32,000 bases of DNA from an uncultured Opitutales bacterium (lineage in GTDB: Bacteria; Verrucomicrobiota; Verrucomicrobiia; Opitutales; Intestinicryptomonadaceae). Shown here one piece after another: positions 7,634 to 14,322 of this stretch. The DNA is taken from contig CAKTSY010000004.1 of NCBI GenBank assembly GCA_934613415.1, forward strand, positions 240,001 through 272,000, in the 5' to 3' direction. The notes beneath the pieces are model-generated. The model did no database searches, was not told the origin of the DNA, and saw nothing but the letters and a program-made list of their open reading frames with translations. Position numbers and translations under genes: made by a program. Positions within the stretch are counted from its first letter, which is position 1, and each line of letters opens with the position of its first letter.

Positions 7634-8908
7634 TTACAAAACGCTGTCGAGAGCCTCTTTTAGGTCGTCGATATGTTCCAGGCCAATCGAAAGACGTATA
7701 AGCTCGGGCGTCAGGCCGCTTGCCGCCTGCTGGGCTTCGTCTAGCTGCGAGTGCGAAGTGGAAGACGGGTGCAAAATAAGGCTTTTCGAGTCGCCCACAT
7801 TTGCAAGGTTGCTAAATAGCGGAATATTGTCTACCAACTTTACCGCCGCATTGTAGCCGCCTTTTACGCCGAATACAACCATTCCGCCAAAGCCGTTTTT
7901 AAGATATTTGCTGGCAAGCGGGTAGCTTGGGTCGTCGGGCAAGCCGGGGTAGCGAACCCACGAAACCGACTTGTGCGCCTTAAGGAATTTTGCGATTTCA
8001 AGCGCGTTTTCGCTGTGGCGTTTTATGCGCAAGGGCAAACTTTGCAAGCCCTGCAAGAATATCCATGCGGCATCGGGGGCAAGGGTCGGCCCTATGTTGC
8101 GCAAACCGACCGTTCTTAGCCTTAAGATGAAGGCAAGCTTGTTGTTTTCGCCCAAGTCGTGCGCAAAGCGCAGGCCGTGATAGCCGCCGTCGGGCTCGTT
8201 ATACAAAGCAAACTTTTTGTCGCTCCAGTCGAAATTGCCGGCGTCTATAACTGCGCCGCCAATGCCCGTGCCGTGCCCGCCAATCCATTTCGAAAGCGAG
8301 TGTATTACAATGTTGGCTCCATAGTCTATCGAGCGTATCAATGTAGGAGGCGTAAAGGTGGCGTCTACAATCAAAGGCAGGTGGTATTCTTTTGCGATTT
8401 TTGCATAGCCTTCAATGTCGGCTGCGTCCAAAACGGGGTTGCCCAAAGTTTCTATATAGATTGCGCGCGTGCGTTCGTTTATGGCGGCTTTAACTTCGGC
8501 GAAATCGTTTACCTTTGTAAAGTGCGCCTTAATGCCAAACTGCGGCAAAATGGAGTTGAACTGAACATAGGTGCCGCCGTAAAGATTGTTGGCAGCAACA
8601 AGCTCGTCGCCCGCTTTTAAGATGTTGGTTATGGCAAACGCTATTGCCGCCGTGCCCGACGAAAGTGTAAGAGCTGCAGCCCCGCCCTCTAAAGCGGCGA
8701 GCCTCTTTTCGAGAACGTCGTTAGTCGGGTTCATTAGGCGGGCGTATATGTTGCCCGGTTCTTTCAGGGCAAAAAGGTCGGCTCCGTGCTTTGCGCTTTT
8801 AAAATTAAAAGCTGTTGTTCTGTATACGGGAACGGCTCTTGCCAATGTAGTTGGGTCGGGAACCTGCCCTGCGTGAAGTGCCAATGTTTCGGGTCTGTAG
8901 TTGCTCAT
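7634..8908 (-). CDS. metY: O-acetylhomoserine (thiol)-lyase / O-acetylhomoserine sulfhydrylase, PLP-dependent
   Basis: The 424-aa ORF reads MSNYRPETLALHAGQ...VPVYRTTAF...NIYARLMNPTNDVLEKRLAALEGG...HSLSKWIGGHGTGIGG (PLP lysine block). This is a typical MetY/Met17 family pattern and length. Confidence 0.9.
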   Translation of the reverse strand: MSNYRPETLALHAGQVPDPTTLARAVPVYRTTAFNFKSAKHGADLFALKEPGNIYARLMNPTNDVLEKRLAALEGGAAALTLSSGTAAIAFAITNILKAGDELVAANNLYGGTYVQFNSILPQFGIKAHFTKVNDFAEVKAAINERTRAIYIETLGNPVLDAADIEGYAKIAKEYHLPLIVDATFTPPTLIRSIDYGANIVIHSLSKWIGGHGTGIGGAVIDAGNFDWSDKKFALYNEPDGGYHGLRFAHDLGENNKLAFILRLRTVGLRNIGPTLAPDAAWIFLQGLQSLPLRIKRHSENALEIAKFLKAHKSVSWVRYPGLPDDPSYPLASKYLKNGFGGMVVFGVKGGYNAAVKLVDNIPLFSNLANVGDSKSLILHPSSTSHSQLDEAQQAASGLTPELIRLSIGLEHIDDLKEALDSVL

Positions 8909-8939
8909 TTTATTTTTCCTTTCAAATAGTTTGTTGGTG

Positions 8940-9938
8940 TTAAAATTCGTATTTTATAGAGGCCGCCCATGCGGTATTTTCGCGTGTATTTAAAACCGTG
9001 CCCAAGTGCCCGTAGCCTGCGGTAACTGTAAGGTGTTCGTTTACAACGGCCGCAAGCCCAACGGTCCACCAGTCGCCCTCTTCGCCTACAAGCTGTTTAG
9101 AGCCTGCGCTTATGGGCGAATATTGGTTTATCTTTTGGCGGTATTCAAAGGCCGCAAAAAGCCAGTCGGTTATGCTGAATACCGCATTGCCTTCGGCGGA
9201 AAATTCGTATTTGCCCGAGTAGCCCGTATAGCCCAAATTCGAAGCGTCGGTAGCCCTACCTGTAATCGACAAAATTAGAGGGTGTCCGTAAATCAAAAAG
9301 GTTTTAGAGGCCGTTACGGTAAATTCAACGCCGTATTCCCTGTCGTAGCCTTTTTGCGAAAGAAGGCCGCCGAGGTTGTCGTTTATTTCGCTTATGCCAT
9401 CGTTATACTTGCCGTGAACGCCAACCGTTATTGCTGGCACAAAGCCTTCGTAAAACTCGTTTTCTTTTATTACATTATAACGGGCGTTTACGGTGTGCAG
9501 CCAAACGTCGTTGCGGTCTATATTAGCCCCTGCATATTGCAAAACGTCGCTTTGCAAAGAACCCGTGCCAAAACGGCTTGCATTGTACGAAAGTTCAAGC
9601 CTGCCGAACAGCGTTTCGCTTACAACAAAGCTTTCAACATTCTTTTGGCGCGCGTTAACGTAGGTTGCCCCAAAACTTGGCAAGGCAAAGTCGGTACCTT
9701 CGGGCCTCGGGTTTACCAAGTAGGCTATGGGGGTTAAAACCACGCCGCCTACGCCGTCTATTGTAAACAAGGGCAAGGGAGCTGCCTTTTGGGGTTTTGC
9801 GCTTTGCTGCGTTTTGTTTGCAGCCTCTTTGGGCTGGGCAGCTTCGGCGTTAACAGCAGCTTCGTTCGAAGCCGCATATGTTATGGGAGAAACGGCAAGA
9901 ATTGCCGCCAGTTTATATATTGTGGAAATTTGTTTCAT
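8940..9938 (-). CDS. Putative outer-membrane beta-barrel protein (possibly DUF3034-like), co-oriented 31 nt upstream of metY
   Basis: It has a signal peptide (MKQISTIYKLAAILAVSPITYAAS), then an Ala/Gln/Lys-rich linker and an alternating amphipathic beta-strand pattern. The C-terminus ...AWAASIKYEF ends in an aromatic residue, as OMP beta-signals do. Confidence 0.6.
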   Translation of the reverse strand: MKQISTIYKLAAILAVSPITYAASNEAAVNAEAAQPKEAANKTQQSAKPQKAAPLPLFTIDGVGGVVLTPIAYLVNPRPEGTDFALPSFGATYVNARQKNVESFVVSETLFGRLELSYNASRFGTGSLQSDVLQYAGANIDRNDVWLHTVNARYNVIKENEFYEGFVPAITVGVHGKYNDGISEINDNLGGLLSQKGYDREYGVEFTVTASKTFLIYGHPLILSITGRATDASNLGYTGYSGKYEFSAEGNAVFSITDWLFAAFEYRQKINQYSPISAGSKQLVGEEGDWWTVGLAAVVNEHLTVTAGYGHLGTVLNTRENTAWAASIKYEF

Positions 9939-10184
9939 TTTTATTGTCCTTATGCTTTTAAATTTTTTTGTTTGTTAATTTTTGCCTTTAACGGCGTGTT
10001 TGTTTTTTTGTCGATTTCCGTTTAAGAGCAACGGCGGCCAATTCCTTTTTTTTGGAACAACGGTTAAACCGCCGCCGCAAACATTCGCATAGAACAACAA
10101 CAGCTTTGTTTTTCGCTTATAAGATTGTAAAAATCTTTGTTGTGTGAAAATTGCCTGTAAGTTTCAAATTTCATTATGTCTACC

Positions 10185-10212
10185 GTTATGGTAATGTATT
10201 TTTAAAAGTCAA
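10185..10212 (-). promoter_or_regulatory. Candidate sigma-70 promoter for the OMP-metY operon
   Basis: The minus strand reads TTGACT (10212-10207), a 16-nt spacer, then CATAAC (10190-10185). This would give a ~240-nt 5' leader. Confidence 0.3.
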
Positions 10213-10390
10213 CACATTTTTTGAAAATTTTTTATTTTTCTAGCAAAATAGCTATATAAAGCGCATATTTGCCATATATTTTTGTATACATTCACTCCGT
10301 TTGCCCCAAATATTTTTCATAAAAATTGCAATTTAAAATCTATTCACTACTTTTTTAATAGCAAAATATGCGCATACCCATAAAAGAACG

Positions 10391-10428
10391 AAAAAGCCCG
10401 ATGCAAATACATTGCAAAGGGCTTTTTT
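10391..10428 (-). terminator. Rho-independent terminator after the GH92 gene
   Basis: The sequence AAAAAGCCC-ga-TGCAA-ataca-TTGCA-aa-GGGCTTTTTT forms an interrupted stem flanked by A and T runs. It lies 24 nt downstream of the stop at 10452. Confidence 0.7.
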
Positions 10429-10451
10429 ATTAGTTTTGCCGCCTCTACCCG

Positions 10452-12701
10452 CTACTTTATAACGGGTGTTTTAGACATTTTAAATACAAGTTTTTTGCCT
10501 GTTTTCAATGCGCTTATGGGCATTTTAAAATTTTCAAGCTTGCGGCCGTCTAGCCATACCGATTCAACATAGATATTCTCGGGGGCGTAATTTTCGCATT
10601 CTATCGTAAATGTATTGCCGCCGTATATATATTCGGGAAGCTTAAGCGTTATCTTTTTAAACAAGGGCGAACCCAAAATAAATTCGTCGCCTGCTGCAAA
10701 ATTTATGGGCGGGTACAAGCCCATTGCGCTCATTACATACCAACCCGAAATATTGCCGTAGTCGTCGTTATTGGGCAATGCTCCCGGCTCGTTGCGGTAC
10801 ATTGTATCCATAATAAAACGTACCATTTCTTGGGTTTTGTGCGGAACGCCAACTTCGGCATACAAATATGGAATAAACCTGTCGTTGCCGTTGCCGTGGG
10901 TATAGCAGCCTATCATACCGGAAACATCGCCTATGGCAGCCGTATACGGAGCTTTGAAGAATTCGTCCAGTCTTTTAACAAAGGCGTCTTTGCCGCCCAT
11001 CATTTTCACCAATTCGGGGATATCGTGCAGCACCATATACGAATACTGCCACGAATTGCCCTCGTTGTACGGGCTGCGCAATGTTGCCGTTGTGGGGTTA
11101 AAAGGTTCAACCCATTTGCCGTCGGCCGTTTTCGCGCGCAAAAAGCCTGTTTTCGGGTCGAACAGATTTTTGTAGTTTTTTGAATGTTTTAAGAGAAAAT
11201 CCGTTTCGCTTTGCGGCCTGTCGCCAAGCTCCTTTGCCAATTCGGCAAGGCAGTAAAATTCGTACGAATAACCGAGCGTTCTGTTCGAGCAGTCTTCGTT
11301 CATTTCGTACCTGCCGTTTTCGCGGTGTATATAGGGCAGATAACCGTACTTAATAAATTCGGCATAGCGTTCGTAATTCGGATCGCTTACAAGGCCGTAA
11401 TATTTGTTGTATATTGATTTTATATCTATTGTAGTTGCCCCCCTGCGGTAAAAGTTTAGGACTGCAGGAATGAACCCGTTTCCGAAAAACCCCCTGCGAA
11501 CATAGCCGCTTTTTACAATGTCGTCTATTTTATCGACAACCATTTTCGGCTCCATAAGGAACAGCACCTGATAGTTCATAGTATACAGCATTGCTATATC
11601 CTCTACCGATGCAAAATTTGAACAGCGCAAAACGGAAGTGTAGAACATTGTCCTTTGCGCCTGGGTGCCGCCCTCTACCTGAATTTTAGAGAAATATTTA
11701 TTCCATTCGTTTTCGCAGGTAACTTTTATGTCGTCAAAATTTTTGCCTTTTGTTTCGTCTTCCAATTTTTTGCGCGCGTCTTCTATACTTTTGTTCGATA
11801 CGGCAATTTTTACTTCGATTTGCTCGTTTTCATCTGTTGCGTAGTCTACAAACGCGCCCAATCCCTGTTTTTTTACATTGCCCTTGCTTTGAACTCGCCC
11901 AATGTAGGGATTAATTTTCATAATCCTTCGGTGATTTTGGTTGTTGTCTTTCCAAATTCCCCAATAGCGAAAGGGACGGCTGAATTTTGCGACAAAGTAT
12001 ATGTCGTTGCCGTAAAAATTGAATGAGGTTTTTAGTTTTTGGTAGCCTTCGATTTTATCGTTGCCCACTATTTCAAGCCAGGCTTCGGGAATGCTTGTAA
12101 ACTTGTGGGCAGCCCCCAAATCTATCAATATTTTAGACGAATGTGCTTTCGGGAAAGTATAGCGGTGAACGCCCACATGGTCGGTTGCGGTAATTTCAGC
12201 GCGAACGCCGTTCTTTAATTTTACCTTATAGTAATACGGTTTGGCAACTTCGCTTGCCGAATCTTTTTCGACACGATAGCCGCTTGCGCTGTTGGTGTCG
12301 TCTCCCGAAAAGGTATCAAGCTGGCCTACTACGGGCATAACTATGGGATTTGCATAGGCATTGTATTCAATGTTTAGCTGCGAAAACCCTATTATGTATT
12401 TGTCTCCATGCCTATAGCCCGAACCCCTTGAATGCGAAGCTACTCCCCTAAAGCTTGTAACCGGCGATGGCGAAACCATACCGCTAGGCATTCTTGGCCC
12501 GACAATTTCGTTTGCATACAACCCGTAGTCGGGGTCTAGCGAGTTGTTGCCGCTATATTCGGGACACGGGAAAATATCCGTTCCCAAAAGCAAGTTGGCT
12601 TCGTCTGCAAGCGGGGTTTGTTTTTGCTTTTTTTCGGCCGAAACGCAGCCGAGCATTGCCGAAAAAGCAATAGTTAATATTATATAAAAAACTCTTATCA
12701 T
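10452..12701 (-). CDS. Glycoside hydrolase family 92 (alpha-mannosidase-like) lipoprotein
   Basis: The C-terminal blocks NEGNSWQYSYMVLHD..LVKMMGGKDAFVKRLDEFF and YTHGNGNDRFIPYLYAEVGVPHKTQEMVRFIMDTMYRNEPGALPNNDDYGNISGWYVMSAMGLYP match GH92 signatures. I placed the start at the ATG at 12701 (MIRVFYIILTIAFSAMLGCVSAEKK, signal peptide plus lipobox-like MLGC). The upstream 77 codons of the track ORF are AT-rich junk. Confidence 0.85.
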   Translation of the reverse strand: MIRVFYIILTIAFSAMLGCVSAEKKQKQTPLADEANLLLGTDIFPCPEYSGNNSLDPDYGLYANEIVGPRMPSGMVSPSPVTSFRGVASHSRGSGYRHGDKYIIGFSQLNIEYNAYANPIVMPVVGQLDTFSGDDTNSASGYRVEKDSASEVAKPYYYKVKLKNGVRAEITATDHVGVHRYTFPKAHSSKILIDLGAAHKFTSIPEAWLEIVGNDKIEGYQKLKTSFNFYGNDIYFVAKFSRPFRYWGIWKDNNQNHRRIMKINPYIGRVQSKGNVKKQGLGAFVDYATDENEQIEVKIAVSNKSIEDARKKLEDETKGKNFDDIKVTCENEWNKYFSKIQVEGGTQAQRTMFYTSVLRCSNFASVEDIAMLYTMNYQVLFLMEPKMVVDKIDDIVKSGYVRRGFFGNGFIPAVLNFYRRGATTIDIKSIYNKYYGLVSDPNYERYAEFIKYGYLPYIHRENGRYEMNEDCSNRTLGYSYEFYCLAELAKELGDRPQSETDFLLKHSKNYKNLFDPKTGFLRAKTADGKWVEPFNPTTATLRSPYNEGNSWQYSYMVLHDIPELVKMMGGKDAFVKRLDEFFKAPYTAAIGDVSGMIGCYTHGNGNDRFIPYLYAEVGVPHKTQEMVRFIMDTMYRNEPGALPNNDDYGNISGWYVMSAMGLYPPINFAAGDEFILGSPLFKKITLKLPEYIYGGNTFTIECENYAPENIYVESVWLDGRKLENFKMPISALKTGKKLVFKMSKTPVIK

Positions 12702-12956
12702 ATATCCAATAATCTTTCTGTTTAAGGTTAGGTTTAACGATATATGAAAAAGAAAAAAAATACTCAAGCCCTTATTAAAAATTTGGCAAAAAACGCAATT
12801 ATTCAAAAAATAATTTCCGATAGAAATAAAGACCGCCAAAGGATAAAGATAAAACTTATATTGCATTTTGGCGGCCAGAAAAAAGTTTTCTGGCAATATA
12901 TTTACACCGCAAAAAATTTGCGCAGTGCACATTTAACCCGTGTTATTTACCATAAA

Positions 12957-13478
12957 ATGAGAATCTTTACCGCTATTTTGCTTATAATTTTATGCATATT
13001 CCTGTTCGATTGCACAACGCAGCCCCATGCGCCGCAACAAACCGTGCAGAACATAGATATAAAAAAATATATGGGGCTTTGGCACGAAGTTGCGCGCACA
13101 AAAAACCCGTTCGAAAGCGGCGTTGTAAATGCCCAAGCCAAATATTCGCTAAATACCGACAACACTGTAAGCGTGCTAAACACGGGCATACGCCAAAACG
13201 GCACAACAAAAAGCGCAAAAGGCAAAGCCTATGCGCCAAACCCGAAAGACTTTTCAAAGTTAAAAGTTACATTTTTTTGGCCCTTTTACGGCGACTATAA
13301 TATTTTGGCGGTAGGTAAAAACTATAGCTGGGCACTCGTAGCCAGCGATAAATATTTGTGGATACTTTCGAGAACCATTCCCATACCCCAAGGCGAACTA
13401 GCCAAAATTCTTCAAAAAGCCGCCTCGTTCGGCTACGCAACCGACAACCTAATCTACAACCTAAACACGGTAGAATAA
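12957..13478 (+). CDS. blc: Bacterial lipocalin (Blc-like)
   Basis: The protein reads MRIFTAILLIILCIFLFDC... then ..IDIKKYMGLWHEVAR..., ..YGDYNILAVGKNYSWALVAS.. and ..YLWILSRT.., which are typical Blc motifs. I moved the start to the ATG at 12957; the track ORF begins at 12744 in the AT-rich divergent intergenic region. Confidence 0.8.
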   Translation: MRIFTAILLIILCIFLFDCTTQPHAPQQTVQNIDIKKYMGLWHEVARTKNPFESGVVNAQAKYSLNTDNTVSVLNTGIRQNGTTKSAKGKAYAPNPKDFSKLKVTFFWPFYGDYNILAVGKNYSWALVASDKYLWILSRTIPIPQGELAKILQKAASFGYATDNLIYNLNTVE

Positions 13479-13479
13479 A

Positions 13480-13526
13480 CTTTGTATTTTTTGATGTAAA
13501 TTATAACAAAAACAAAAAATACAAAG
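13480..13526. terminator. AT-rich 13-bp inverted repeat between the convergent lipocalin and activase genes
   Basis: CTTTGTATTTTTT (13480-13492) and AAAAAATACAAAG (13514-13526) are perfect complements around a 21-nt loop. This is a weak, bidirectional terminator-like element. Confidence 0.4.
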
Positions 13527-13534
13527 CGGCAAAC

Positions 13535-14317
13535 TCACGGCAAACTTACGGTTTTTTTTGTCAATCCAGAGAGTTTTTCTGCAATTATTTTTCCGTAATC
13601 TAAATCGGGCATATCCGCCTTAAAGTACGGCTTTTTCAAAGCGATAGCCTTTTCTATACCGAAGGGAACATATGGTTCTATATGAATCTCCGACACCGAC
13701 GAAAGCGAATTTGCCAAGTCTGCAATTTTTTGCAAACAAAACCCGCTGTCGTTTAAAGAAGGAATCATAGGGCACCGCAAGAAAATGCGAGTACCTGCAT
13801 ATTCGGCATTTTCCGCAATAGCCTTGTCTATAAAATTAAGATTATCAACAACTACATTTAACGGCTTGCCCGTATATTCAAAATGCTTTTTTTCGTCTAA
13901 AATTTTTATGTCAAAAAGCCATAAATCTACCAACGGCAAAAAGCGCGCAAGCACCGACTTTGCAGCATAACCGCTAGTTTCCACCGCCGTATGCACCCCG
14001 TGCGATTTTGCGCCTTCCAACAACTCAACAGCAAAATCGGGTGCAGCCAAAACCTCTCCACCCGAAAGCGTAAGCCCGCCAGCCGACTCATCGTAAAAAT
14101 CTTTGTCTTTTAAGACTTCGTTTAAAACCGCCTTAGTAGACATTACTTTGCCTATAGGCGTTCCGTCGGGATACTGCCCTATTCCGAAATCCTGACTTTC
14201 TGGAGAATGGCACCAAATGCAGCGCAATGGGCACCCCCTAAGGAACACAACAGTGCGTATTCCGGGGCCGTCGTGGGTTGAAAATTTGTCTATTTTTAAG
14301 ACAACCGCTTTTTGCAT
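13535..14317 (-). CDS. Glycyl-radical enzyme activating enzyme (radical SAM, PflA-like short form)
   Basis: The protein reads MQKAVVLKIDKFSTHDGPGIRTVVFLRGCPLRCIWCHSPES (CX3CX2C), then GGLTLSGGEVL, and aligns along PflA as I recall it. The start at the ATG at 14317 lies 5 nt after the GRE stop. The track ORF's extra 60 codons overlap the GRE 3' end. Confidence 0.85.
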   Translation of the reverse strand: MQKAVVLKIDKFSTHDGPGIRTVVFLRGCPLRCIWCHSPESQDFGIGQYPDGTPIGKVMSTKAVLNEVLKDKDFYDESAGGLTLSGGEVLAAPDFAVELLEGAKSHGVHTAVETSGYAAKSVLARFLPLVDLWLFDIKILDEKKHFEYTGKPLNVVVDNLNFIDKAIAENAEYAGTRIFLRCPMIPSLNDSGFCLQKIADLANSLSSVSEIHIEPYVPFGIEKAIALKKPYFKADMPDLDYGKIIAEKLSGLTKKTVSLP

Positions 14318-14322
14318 GGACT

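Noticed and set aside
9939-10390. A SAM-I (S-box) riboswitch upstream of the OMP-metY operon.
   Set aside because: I looked on the minus strand for the conserved GAGGGA, GGCCC and GCAACC core elements and found none. A partial resemblance of GATTTTT...AAGC...AAAGCTG to SAM-II-like elements is too weak to call from memory.
12702-12932. N-terminal extensions of track ORFs: GH92 12702-12932, lipocalin 12744-12956, activase 14318-14497, MFP 21196-21255, glnK 28002-28094, dapF-like 29169-29246 and DUF805 7505-7534.
   Set aside because: The extensions run through AT-rich intergenic DNA or overlap the neighbouring gene. They encode implausible peptides. Each is followed by an internal Met that begins a proper signal peptide or a conserved N-terminus, so I used the shorter starts.
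13079-13094. TGGCACGAAGTTGCGC, which resembles a sigma-54 -24/-12 element on the plus strand.
   Set aside because: It lies inside the lipocalin coding sequence (encoding GLWHEVAR). The GG to GC spacing is N9 rather than N10, and no gene lies downstream to serve.
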